Assembly (NCBI GenBank): GCA_973895155.1
Contig: OZ316892.1
Location: 4,176,510 to 4,240,509, forward strand
Direction: 5' to 3'
Length of the DNA: 64,000 bases
Origin: Marsupella aquatica
Taxonomy: Eukaryota > Plantae > Marchantiophyta
The notes under the pieces are model-generated. The model was not told the origin of the DNA and ran no database searches. It saw only the letters and a list, made by a program, of their open reading frames with translations. Position 1 is the stretch's first letter; every line of letters starts with the position of its first letter. The position numbers and the translations under genes are program-made. Of this stretch, positions 26,101 through 37,490 are shown one piece after another.

Positions 26101-27163
26101 TAGGTCTAACTCCGGTACCTCCGGCTTCAGCCATGGTAATCTTACAAAGGCCTCCAAGCCGGATCCGGCCATGAAGCCTTGGTACTTCTTGGTCTACATG
26201 GCCGTAAAGCATGCATCCTCCTCCCGTGCAAAATGTAGTTGCACCTCCACCGGTAGGGTTGCCGCCCAGCCCTTCCAGGTGTCATCCCTGGTTGGAATGG
26301 CCTTGATGGGATCGACCTCCTCCTCTTCGGCTTCTCCCTGCCTCCTGCTCTGCTGCTCGGCTGGCCTCTTTGGTGCCGCCGACCTCGTTCTTTTTGCCGG
26401 GGTGGCTTCATCGTTGACGGCCCCCTTCCTCTTCATCTCTGCTGCCATGGAGGTTTCTCCTAGCACCGTTGCCTGGGTCCACCTTTCCGTGCTACCCTTT
26501 AATTCCCAGTGTATGTCGTTGCAGTTCTTGATGGCCTCTCAGATGCCGACGACGCTGTCTTTGCAAAACAGAAGATCGTCGAGTTGATTGGAAGTAGGCG
26601 TCCACAGGAACTCGTCCTTGATGAGTTCGCCTCCTAAGAAAGCCGTCTTCTGCAGCTCCCACAATCGAGCGAGCTCCTGCCGTTCTCGAGCTGCCCTTTC
26701 TGACTCCTCGTCCTCGTAAGTCTTGATGTACTCAGTTGCCCGTTCGAACAGGCATCCCCAGAAATGTGCCGCTTGATTGACGTTGCTCATACCCTCCTTA
26801 GGTCGATCGTCGGTATCTATTCTCTCCCCGAGTGCTTGCCTAAGCAGCTGACAGTAGTTGGCCTCCCGTAGTCGTCTGCCTAGTTCGTGCTCGCAAATGA
26901 GCCACCATCTCCTGCAAGCGCTCCTTACCCCTCTCCTCTGCCGGTCCTTCTTCCCGTTGATCCTTCCTAGCCGCCGACGCTTAACGCGCCCTAACCCTAA
27001 TCGGGTTTTCACCCTCAGCCTTACCTCCGGCCTCTGCCCGGGTTCCATGGTTGCCCCTAATTGTTTATATTTTCCTTGTTTTGTCCCTATACTAAGGTGT
27101 TCCTAGGGTGCCTTCCTGCTTTACCCACTTAACCGGCCGAGTGATTCCTGTCTAGGCATCACA
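23161..27163 (-). mobile_element. 4,003-bp TG…CA insertion with 5-bp TSD (solo-LTR-like), containing one long reading frame
   Basis: Ends TGTGGTGC…GCATCACA; TSD ACTAC (23156-23160 and 27164-27168); removal restores the BRCT frame; no terminal direct repeats seen. Confidence 0.9.
24082..27048 (-). pseudogene. About 988-codon reading frame (retrotransposon accessory-ORF-like domain plus coiled coil) with two in-frame stops
   Basis: ORFs 26539-27048, 26194-26466 and 24082-26172 share one frame, separated by TGA (26539-41) and TAG (26194-6). GLEAFVRLPW…LTPKVIAEVFGLP resembles GLDFLIKLPW…WTLKVIAKVYRTP in 37491-38333. Confidence 0.75.
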
Positions 27164-28030
27164 ACTACTTTTAGGCCTTGCTTAGTAATTGCAGAATTCA
27201 TGTAGGACCATGACCACTTCTTTATCACTGATAGCCATGTCCCTGCAACAACATGTGTAGTCTCTGGAGTGATGTCCTGAACTACAGTGCCATGGAGCTC
27301 AGAGAATCGTTTCTATACAGTTGGCCAATGCACTTTGGTCAACCCATGCTGGCCATGGACCAAAATCGCTCTGACCCCTATAAACCTCGCTGTAAACACT
27401 GCTGGGTGGTCACACTTTCTACGTTTACCAGGCTCCATGTACACACACCCTACGTGATGACAGTGAATTTTGGAAGAATGGGTTCACCTGACAATACAAG
27501 GATAACAAAATTCCTGCTTTTTGAGTTGATCTGGCCCACTGGTGCTCAGGTACGATTTTGATAGGTACAAGGGATATGTGAACAATACGTACTAGGCACC
27601 TGCACGGATGCAGGACATTGTTTGAATATATACTACAAAATCCATATCCATGGTGAAATGAAGTGCAACCAACTTGTCATGGCACATACATATTTTGTTG
27701 TAAAGGAGGATACATTCAATGACAAACTTATAGGGCAATTTGATTAATTGCATGCCTGATAATTTATACGCTTACAACTTAGAAGTCCTGTTTTAATTTA
27801 GCAGTCTGATGAAAGTGTTTATGAAAATGACCACTCAGCCTAAATACTTCCAAGAAGGCTTGTAAGGATAAGTTTGTATAGGCATGTACCCAGCCACTGA
27901 CGCCAGAGCACAAGATAAGTGCTGCCTATATAAACTCGCCTACCCAACTCCTTTTCAAAATTGGAATCTCTGCAATCTCAAAAAATAGTACATCCACATC
28001 AGGTGCACTGTGCATGTATAATGTTCAGCT

Positions 28031-28711
28031 TCACAGCCAAGATATGTGATCTCTCACAGGAGTGCGCGAGGTAGGATCAATGGCATGGCGATGACAATAA
28101 AATATCCATCGATCAACACCATGTGCAGAGTGATCATAGATTTCTCTATCACAAGCATAACCCTCTGCTTGATGATCTTTCAGGCAATGATAGTGCCACA
28201 TAGTGGGACACCTAGCATAGTGGACTATGTCAGTCCAGTAGTCATCATCATGCTCACCACATGCCTTGCACCTATGAAGTGGGCAAGCTGTGGCATGAGC
28301 AGGCAAACACTCAAAACAGAAAAATCTCACACAAAAACGGTCTGGACATTTCCTAACATTTGCTGTAGCATCAACAGAGCCCTCATAGGACCCCAACTTC
28401 CCACACTGTGCACACTTAGCCTGCTTCTCCAAACAATCAGTGCACATCCAGTCTCCCTGGTGTGTTGACGGGAGGCCCACCCCTGGACAGTTGTTTTCTG
28501 CAGCAAGGTCAGACTCCGGGTTGAGGTGGAAATGCCTCATGCAAGGGCCCTCACAAATGACCAGGCCCCCACCATCATCACAAATGGCACAACAATGAGC
28601 TGCCTTCTGGAAAATCTGACTTGCAGAGAAGTTAGTAGCATCTGCCCCAAGTACACCTGTGTTTCTCACCTCTGTCACACGCTTTTTGGCTTGAATTTTA
28701 GGCCGTGCCAT
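28031..28711 (-). CDS. EDM2-like composite PHD-finger protein (226 aa) carried by CACTA-2
   Basis: CAICDDGG..VICEGPCMRHFH…WMCTDC..KQAKCAQCGKLGS…CPLHRCKAC…FYCHRHAID….TPVRDHI follows the plant EDM2 PHD region as I recall it; open ORF. Confidence 0.85.
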   Translation of the reverse strand: MARPKIQAKKRVTEVRNTGVLGADATNFSASQIFQKAAHCCAICDDGGGLVICEGPCMRHFHLNPESDLAAENNCPGVGLPSTHQGDWMCTDCLEKQAKCAQCGKLGSYEGSVDATANVRKCPDRFCVRFFCFECLPAHATACPLHRCKACGEHDDDYWTDIVHYARCPTMWHYHCLKDHQAEGYACDREIYDHSAHGVDRWIFYCHRHAIDPTSRTPVRDHISWL

Positions 28712-28722
28712 GCCTGCGCATG

Positions 28723-28938
28723 AGATAGACTCTACAATTTAGCAGACTGCACAGAAAGTAAAATATATTTAGCATTTAAGGTACAAAGGCATTTAGATAG
28801 ACTCTACAATTTAGCAGACTGCACAGAAAGTAAAATATATTTAGCATTTAAGGTACAAAGGCATTTAGATAGACTCTACAATTTAGCAGACTGCACAGAA
28901 AGTAAAATATATTTAGCATTTAAGGTACAAAGGCATTT
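28723..28938. repeat. Three exact 72-bp tandem repeats just upstream of the PHD ORF
   Basis: AGATAGACTCTAC… starts at 28723, 28795 and 28867. Confidence 0.95.
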
Positions 28939-29553
28939 GCTACTGCAATGAATTGGAATGGCCACACAAGGATGCAGAGCACACATACTTTTGGTATGTT
29001 GAGCCCACACACAAAACTGATCCCCTAATACAATTTCTCCACCAACACCTCAATTTTAATTGTGGCTATGATTCACCAAAGGAGATCTGCAACAACATTT
29101 CATGCATTTGAATCACATACAATAGTCGTGACATGTAAATCAGGCATTCTTCGAAGAGGATTGGTATGAAGCAGTGTCATAAGGGTTGAAATTTATACAT
29201 CCTAAATAGGTTATGATAGTGGCTGAGACAAATAAGTGAGGCATAAATCATTTTGCATATTATCACATGGCCCATTAATTCATTCAACGTTGCAATGTTC
29301 ACCAGGTTAAAGCAGTCATGAAAGCAGTCTTTCAATAGAGACTTTTATGCGAGTTTGCTAGCCTCTTAAATTAGGATATTTTGCTTAGTGCAGGCATAAT
29401 AGGATATAAGTTATGTACTGTTGACCCTAAACCCTGGACCCAAAATTGCTCATACATCAAAATTTTAAGTAAATATCCTCTGTGTTGAAGTCAGAGTGTT
29501 AAGCTATAGGTCAATGGTATCTGGTCTGTGCATGCGGTGTGACAAGTGGTCCT

Positions 29554-30003
29554 CTAGAGCATGTGATCCAAACATGTGTAGACACCAAAGTCACCGGTGG
29601 TGGGGTCTGGGAGGGCAGGACAAGTGACATCACCAGGCACACTGCAGGATGGCGAGTGGTTCCAGATGATACATTGTGCTCTGTGCAAAAATCGGCATCC
29701 AAGAGAACGGTCATCCAATTCTGGGCCAGAAGCCCTACAGGCAGGACAATCATATTGGCAACTGTGTACACACCCTTGGCACCTAATTTGTGGCGGGTCA
29801 TGTACAAGAGACACAAATACCAAGGATGTCGGGAAGGGTACTGAAGCAGGTAGAGGCCGGCTGTAGTTGTTCCTGGAAACAACAGGGTACTCAAAGTACC
29901 ATGCAGACTGGGCTGGAAGGATCCCAAGTCTGACATACTCAAGGCGCAACATCTCTGCCTTGCGTGCAAGTCGCACATGTTCAGCGTTGCGGGTCCTCAC
30001 CAT
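29554..30003 (-). CDS. Cys/His-rich protein of unknown function (149 aa)
   Basis: ATG-initiated open ORF, co-oriented with the other cargo; CxxC…CxxC…CxxxxHxxC…CxxH pattern. Confidence 0.5.
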   Translation of the reverse strand: MVRTRNAEHVRLARKAEMLRLEYVRLGILPAQSAWYFEYPVVSRNNYSRPLPASVPFPTSLVFVSLVHDPPQIRCQGCVHSCQYDCPACRASGPELDDRSLGCRFLHRAQCIIWNHSPSCSVPGDVTCPALPDPTTGDFGVYTCLDHML

Positions 30004-31011
30004 AAGTGTTGCTTTCGTTGTGATGTCCTCTGTTCACGTCCTTTGATGAGCAAGGTGAGCAGGAGGTCGACTTGCCTCGCCAACAGCAACCACCTAAACT
30101 AATCAGTTCCCACTCATTGTCTTGGTTCCAACTACAGGTCATAGTATACACATAGCATGAAACGTGCATAGTACATATTTGATTCTGAGTTTATGAGTTT
30201 CCTAAGACAAAGAGCTTGGTGATAAACCCATATTCTCGACGGACATGTATATCAATCATATTAAATTCCTGTTTTTTCATCCAGAAAGACCGAAAGTCTC
30301 ACCTTGCAGGTTGCAGCAGAGAGAAAATTCACTGGTTGTCGTGTTGTGCAAGTGAACCTCCACTGATGCCCCGGTGTAGCCCCTCAGATGCAGGTGACAC
30401 TTACCAACTCCCAAGTTGCCTGGTCTAACAGAAAATGCTTATATCTTCATAACTTTATAGAGCAAGTACATGATCACATACTTCTGGATCTATTCATATT
30501 TGGAACTCTTGCCAACTACAACTCCCATTATGCACAAGCTCACATCAACAGAGAAAGATACAGAATGCATACTTACTATGGCTCTAAGCACCTTCACTAC
30601 CTTGTTGAACCCAGTCCTGAAGTCTTTTCAGCGTGTTTGTTGTGCTGTCTCCTTTGGCACCCAACACCTTAGTCCTTGATGTAACAGAATGCGATTTTAC
30701 AAGTTAGATGCTTTGGAACCTTCTATGGTCTTAGCTGAATTGATGTCATCGTAAGTGGTGAAAGACAAGGAAGACGAAAGCTGGTTGAAGAGCTGTGGAC
30801 AACACACTAGCATGAAGTGCTTCAACCAATCCACTGCCAAACGGAACTCTTACACAGTCACATTCTTTCAATAAACAGAAACTCAGTCAAACTTCATAAT
30901 CAAAGTACAGACTCTGAAGGACCAAAGGAGGATGTTGTGAGTTTCTCTGTTGTTTAATGTGTTACCCTTCTAGTTTCGAAGTTAGCAAATGCTGAATAAT
31001 GTGTCTACCAG

Positions 31012-31350
31012 ATCTTCGAAAAGAAGCCCACCACAATTAAGAACTTCGGTATCTGGGTGAGGTATCAAAGTTGTACAGGTTATCCCAACATGTACAAGAA
31101 ATATCGTGATACCACATTAAACAACCACACAGCAGATGTATGATGAGATGGCTTCTTGTCATAGAGTTCGGTTCCCTGCATCCAGATCATCAAGACTACA
31201 ACAGTCCCTGTCTCTCTGTGCAAGCGAGAAAGTACCAAGCAGTTCCATGATTCAAAGATCAAGTTCCCCTTGACGTACCGCAAGATTCAACCTCCATCGC
31301 GAAAGCTAAAGACGACTTACAAGGCCACCAAGCCCAACACATTTGTTTGA
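31012..31350 (+). pseudogene. RPL18A: Captured last exon of 60S ribosomal protein L18a (eL20), two frameshifts
   Basis: After a CAG acceptor: [84 protein letters not shown]…[15 protein letters not shown]. Confidence 0.93.
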
Positions 31351-34300
31351 GTAGTGCGGGTGCAGGTTCCCAATTTTGAAACAATTTGGCTCATTTTATG
31401 TCCCGAGGGACTCCAGGAGTTTATGTATTGAGTTTCTAGGTCAAGATGCTTAATATAAGGAAATTCAATTATCACTTCGTTCCCAACTTCTATTAATTGA
31501 ATATACACAAGCTGGAAGCAAGAAGACAAGCCACAATCTAGCATCTTAGCCAAACACAATCGTCCCGACAAAGCAAAACTCAGCTAGACAGAAGTCACTC
31601 GGATCCACAGAAAATTGAAGATTCACCTCCAAGCCGGAGGCCGATCACTTCAGTACAGCAGCTTCTGGATGGAAGAAACTCTGCTCAGCCCCACAGAAAC
31701 ACAAATGTTAAGGCTCCAAGTCAGAGCTCACAAACAGAAACTCAGATAAATAACATTCAAAATCTGTCCAGGTTTGTGCAAAGTGTACATATTCATTCTT
31801 CTGGAATGAACACGCAATCCATAAGAACGAAATTAGGAAGGCAAGCGCACAGGCCACCGAGAAAAGTAAAGGATGCATGTGTTAGTGGGGAGGGATCTTA
31901 GCAAAAACAGGGGAAAGCAAGGGAACTTGTTGCTAAAATCAGCTGAACGATTGCACGGTTCCTATAAATTTAGTGGACCTTAAGGCCGTCTGTTCACCCC
32001 CCCACCCCACCGCCAGAGCACGGGGCACAAGGCATGTTCTGATACAGGGAGGAGCGAAACAGTCATGTCAAGCAAGAAGTGTGGAGAGACCAATCAGTAA
32101 GCAAAAATAGGGGAGAACATACATACATCAGCAACAGCAGGAAACAAGAAAGATGATTTCGGGTGGCATCTTAGGGTCGGGGACACCACTGCAACACCGG
32201 GACTTAGGATATGACTAAATGTAAGCTACATAGTCCTCCGTTCTCTTCAACAATTACCTTAAACAGTGAAGTAATCTAAATGGATGTTGATCAAAATCAA
32301 TTGCAACTACGCGGCCCTTGGTTCTGCTGCGGCTACAGCAGCCAAGAGAACAGCTCAGAGCCTTGATTGAAGACTGTGCTCTCAAACTAAGCTAAAGACA
32401 AAGAGATATAGAGAGAGACAAAAAAAAGTTGACAGGAGTGCAAAGCGAGAACCCACTCCCGTTCTTTCAACACCCTAAACCCCGCTGCCTGACTTAAGTT
32501 GCATGGCGACAGAAGCAGTCATTGAAAACTTACCTTGTGATGACAAAAACGCTCTGGGATGGGCTGCTACTCCCAGGACTATCCCACACTCTTAGCGCCC
32601 CGTTGCTATTGAGCCACACTTCAGTTCAGCCGCGCACGCTCAATCTTTGTCATTCAGCTAAGTTCAGCTCCGCAGGGCCTGGACTCACTCTCATCCAATT
32701 TCAGTTGATCAGTATTGCAGCTCTCTGCTCCCAAGAACAGGTCCTTGCGTTTGTTGAGCGCCTCTATAGACTCACTTACCTCCAAAAACACTGAAAGTTT
32801 TTATCTGCATTACAATGAGCTCTAAAGACCAAAAACATTCCCGCCTAAACTGAAATAGAGTCCGCAACTACAAGCTTTGCAGCTCAACTCTCTGAGCTCT
32901 CCCAGCTCAAAGGTATCAGCATGTTGTACCCACACTTGATCGAACGCTCTTCCAATGCTCGCTAGGTTGATCTTCCAATGCTCACGGTAAGCTATGGACA
33001 CCAAGCTCAGAAGACCGTGGGGAGACAACTAAACTTGCAGCAACGTAGGACCGCAAAGATAGGGATTGCAGCTTTACCTGGGGCGATGCAGCACCAAGCC
33101 GTGCTGCGTAGCAATCCGTAGCAAGAATAGTCCAAATGCAAGCCAAGTGACAAGCTCCTGGTTCTCGATCCCAAGTTGCAACTGAATATCGAATTCACTC
33201 TCCTAGCTTCAAGGAATGAGTATCTATTGAATGTTGAATTAAATTCTCGCAAACTCTTCACAGTGCTTCCCGTAGTGCCTATTGTCGATGCAACACACAA
33301 TCACTCTTGATGCCTACTACTCACATTCCCTTTTCTCAATGCAACACACACTCGCTCTTCTTGCCTCCTACTACTCACATTGCCCAACGATCAACGAAAG
33401 TAGAAGGACAGGACAGGGAGAACCCTTTCGCAGCTCAGGACGGCAAGGCTAGGAGTGTATACACATCGGGCCGCAATAAGGTCCAACCTCAACTTCAAAA
33501 AGTGCAACGCCAAAACTGGAAGCCGGGTCCAATAACAGTCGTTAGTAGCTAGGATGTTGTAAAACCCCTAAAGTTGCAGCATTGCCATACTCTACTTCCT
33601 CACCCGGTAGCGCTAGGCATTCAACCTCTCTCTTCCAAAGACCTCGATGACCTCCCACCAGCTCAATGACGATGGCACGCAAAGCTTCCGTTTGGCTTGC
33701 AAACCCTTGAGGCAAACCAACTCCCTTGGAGACCCTTCCCAAAACCCTGTGCGAGAGAGAAATGCCGAACGTGAAGACCACTCACTTGTCTTCCCATTGA
33801 AGTGGAGACATTAGTTCACAAAAGAGACACAAAAGTCTATGATTTGCCTAATTTGTTTTTTCCTTTGAAACCAAAGGACTTACGCAATAGTTATATGTGG
33901 GGTGAGTGGTTAGTCACAACTTTGAACCACCCCCTTTGGTGAAAATGTGGCCAAATATTCAGGTATGACCCCACATTACCATTATGAAGTACACTTTTTT
34001 AGGGTTGGGGTAGTGAAGAGCTGATCATATATATTTAAGTTGGACATTTAAGTTGGACTTATATTGAACATGAAGCATGCATTGGTTGTCATATATGAAG
34101 GGGGCCGGGGAAACATGGTGGTTTCTGGGGCATGGCAATAAGTAAACCCAACCTACATATGTGAGGCTGAAATTGGGTGATAATTAAGCACGCCTTTGGC
34201 ACGACCAGAAGACGTCGATAGAAAAATTAGAGATTGACTACAAAAAGCATTAAGTTAGGTTAGCAAGCTTTGACAAATCCTTTTTGCAGTTGAATGGGGC

Positions 34301-34725
34301 TGGGGCGCGCTTCATGGTGTCTAGATGGGGGTAGGAATAATGATGGAATACTCAGTAATGGCATGGTTTAAAATGGTATGACCAAACTAGAATTAAATCT
34401 ATGTGGAATGACATATGGTGTATCCAAAATCATATGTATTGGGTTAGATCTCATACTTTAAGGTTGAAGGGCTCAAATGTTGTGCTCTCATAAGTTGTAC
34501 TCTAATGTAGAGTCGCTTGTATGACTTCAACCTAATTGCCTTAACTGAGTTATAGTTACAACTTCCCTAAAAGTTGTAAACATGACTCCTCAAAACTTCA
34601 CCAAAACTCAGTCAAGAAGGTGTGACTAACATGACACCAATAACCTTGGAGTCGTTGTTTCATGAAGGTCTCGGACAAGTCACATTCTTTGTGGTCTCAG
34701 AAAGGGTGGGTTTCTTCTAGTGATA

Positions 34726-35188
34726 GATCGGAGTTGCGTATCGCCGAAGTTCTATCCATGTTGACGGAATTTTAGTGAGTATCATTGTATCGGTCACCAG
34801 AAAGCTACTTTGGTGTTGGTGAGCATTTATCCTTTTTGTTTATATTTTCATGGTGATGGAGAAGAGCAATTGAGGCAAGATTTGTTGCAATCTTGTTAAC
34901 ATGATAAGACCAGAATCCTTTTTGAAGGAGTGGCAGTGGAGATTCAATCCATTGGACTTTGGTTCTAAAAGCTTTTCCATAATCCATGACTTGGGAATTA
35001 ATCTTTTCTGTTCATTTTGTTAGTTTATCCATTTGTTTCTCTTTTGTCTGAAGATTTGGTTGAGTGATACTCTTAAGTCTTCAAAATAGTTACAATCATT
35101 CAATCCATTCCTATTTTGTTCTTAAAGGGATCGAAACCTTGGTCTTTAAGTGAAAAGTGTCACTTTTGATTCTTCCGGCTATACCACA
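34726..35188 (+). repeat. 5' LTR, right part
   Basis: Matches the 3' LTR through …GGCTATACCACA. Confidence 0.96.
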
Positions 35189-35194
35189 TCTTTT

Positions 35195-35212
35195 TGGTGC
35201 CGCTGCCGGGGA
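35195..35212 (+). promoter_or_regulatory. Primer-binding site (Athila-like, tRNA-Asp type)
   Basis: TGGTGCCGCTGCCGGGGA begins 7 nt after the LTR end. Confidence 0.85.
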
Positions 35213-35586
35213 ACGGATGAAGGAAGGAGGTTGATGTTCAGGCAGTGAATGCTGAAAAAATTGAAGAGATGAGAAATTGAAATTCTAGGGAGAAGTTTTG
35301 ATTTGTGAAGAGAGAAGTGTAATATAGAGTTGAAGGGAATTGTATTGGCTTCAAGGAGGCTTATTTGATTTGGAGAATTGAGAGAAGAAGCATATGCAAT
35401 CATGTCTACGTCAGAAAGTGGGAAGGATTTTAGGTTTGAGAAAAATCCATATACCTTAGAGAACGCCCCAAGATTATTGGTGGGCATGCTAAGGAAATTG
35501 GTTGAGCCTAATGTCACCAACGGAAAGAGGCAGATTCAGGGAGCGTCAGCACAAAAGAGATTGGAGGATTTCAAAGAACCAGGGAA

Positions 35587-35934
35587 GTGTCCGGCCAAAT
35601 TCCAATAAGCAATCATCAATTCTTTAAGATGGAAGAGGAATTTGAATTTGAAGTGGTAATTGGGGGAATTGTATTGTCCAATGTAGTTATGGATAAAGGA
35701 TCCCAAAACAATTTGATGACCACTGAAATTGCTGACAGAGTGGGTATTAGGCAACTGCTACCCACTCCTGAAAGACTGAGAATCAATAATGGAGAGATAA
35801 TTAGACCCGAGGGGCTTGTAAGAAATGTTCGAACCCAAATAGGTGATGAGACATTTGAACTAGATTTCTTAATTGTGGATTCCCAGATTTTTTCCCTTCC
35901 CTCAATTTTGTTAAATAGCACCTGGATACATTAG
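35587..35934 (+). pseudogene. Retrotransposon aspartic-protease-like remnant
   Basis: VVMDKGSQNNLM…IRPEGLVRNVRTQIG..FELDFLIVD; the catalytic D(T/S)G reads DKG. Confidence 0.7.
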
Positions 35935-36576
35935 GGTTTGCAGTAAGATCAAAACAATCAATTTTGTTTTGGAAAATTCCACCAGTCAGGGCACACCTCG
36001 CCTCCTCCTTAAGCTCAAAACCCATGAATTTACATATTGATTTCTCAAGTTTTGAATCCTTAGGGATCCTAATGACCTAATGGGCGGCATAATTCCAAAT
36101 CTGAAATTGACTGTTTAAAATGAAGTTAGACAAAGAAATAGAAGAAGGTAGAGGAGTAAAATTATTGATTAATTAAGTAAATTGTACAGTAACGTCAAGC
36201 TAGATTTAGGATAGAGATGACTGTGAAGGACGCCACGAAGAGGCGTCCCAAGGATGAAGGACGCCACGCGAATGCGTCCCAAGGAAATGTTGAGTTGCTA
36301 AGGAGGGTGCTTTAATCGGGAGCAAGCAAAAGGTGCGTGCTTGAAGACATAAAAAGGTGCGTGCTTGAAGATATAAAAGGGTGCCACCCCTTGTTTAGAA
36401 TTGGAGAGGTGCAACTGTTCTGATTGAGCACCGCCACCTTTCCAAGCTGGAGGATCTGAAAGGGAGAACTTGAACAGGCACCGCCGATAGAGTCCGTTGA
36501 GATCTGGTGTGATGGAAGGTAACCATCATTTAGCCTACTTGCCTTCTATTTGTGCAACCAAATTTGGGAGTAAGGC

Positions 36577-37470
36577 ATGTCGCAGGACGAACAAGCAATC
36601 GCCAAGAGAGTGAGCAAAACATCCGGGAGACCTGAAACTTCGAGGAAGGCAGTCGAGCCTCGAACGTTGCTTCCTGAGTTTCAAACACCTGGAGCACCTG
36701 TACCTGGAAGCGTGTGGAAGCAAGTGAAATCCATCCAAGAGGGAGTTTCAAGCGGCTCTGTGGAGCAGCCCACAACATCTAGACCTTTGTTCGTCAACCT
36801 TTGGTCAGGCCCAAAGTTGATTGGATCACATAAGTCACGGAAGGGCTCAAAGACTGTCCGTGCCTTAAGGCAATCCGATCAATTAGAAGAAGGTGAATCT
36901 GTTATCTCAAAAGGAATTCCTGATTCACCAAAGAACTTAATTGGGATACCACTTGAAGGAGAGAATCCTGACATTTTCTCACATTCCGATGGTGCGAATC
37001 CCTTGAGTGAAATAGGGAGTTCATCTTCTAGCGAGAAGAGCAGTAGCTCAGGAAATAGCAGTCATTCCAGCAGCTCGAGTTGTGTGAGTCCTCAAATTAC
37101 TACCAATCCTTTTGCTAAGCCTTTCACACTTCCTGTTGCTACTCGTTCAGCCCTCCCTGTTATTTCTATTTTTCCTACACCAACCATGGCTCGAAACAAT
37201 GTGAGATATGATAGGTTCTTTGGCGTTCAAAGGAGGATGCAGAAGTGTATCTCAAGGAATTTGAAGCTGCGGCAGCATCCAATGGACAAAGCCAGGATGC
37301 TGAGAAGGCCAACTTGTTTGGAGGCTTGATGAAGAAAGGTGCTCAAAAATGGTACAACCGTTTCCCTGACAAGCAGGATTATTTGGGGAAAATTGAAGGC
37401 TGCTTTCCTATCCAAATACAAAGAAGGAGCTGCTGCTTGAGCTTTCAACATGGCGATGGCGGCTGAGGAA
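36577..37470 (+). pseudogene. Gag-like remnant, frameshifted
   Basis: YDRFFG…AEVYLKEFEAAA…NLFGGLMKKGAQKWY resembles a retrotransposon Gag N-terminal region. Confidence 0.55.
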
Positions 37471-37490
37471 GGCACGCACCTCGGCTGACA

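Larger units (their letters stand above)
22547..27438 (-). pseudogene. Tandem-BRCT gene (DNA polymerase lambda-like BRCT), split by the 23161-27163 insertion
   Basis: Removing the insert gives MEPGKRRK…FIGVRAILV…ELHGTVVQDITPETTHVV…GLK|VVEASWITDSI (BRCT1; TAG at 27313, frameshift near 23100). BRCT2 follows: LKGLSMVFVE…LGGTVEENITEDTTHVI…VVSYAWLVESV. Confidence 0.85.
13665..34722 (-). mobile_element. CACTA/EnSpm transposon 'CACTA-2', 21,058 bp, both termini present
   Basis: TIR CACTAGAAGAA at both ends; TSD ATA (13662-13664 and 34723-34725); empty site visible in the 3' LTR (…TAGTGATAGATCGG); TGACT/AGTCA subterminal motifs. Confidence 0.97.
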
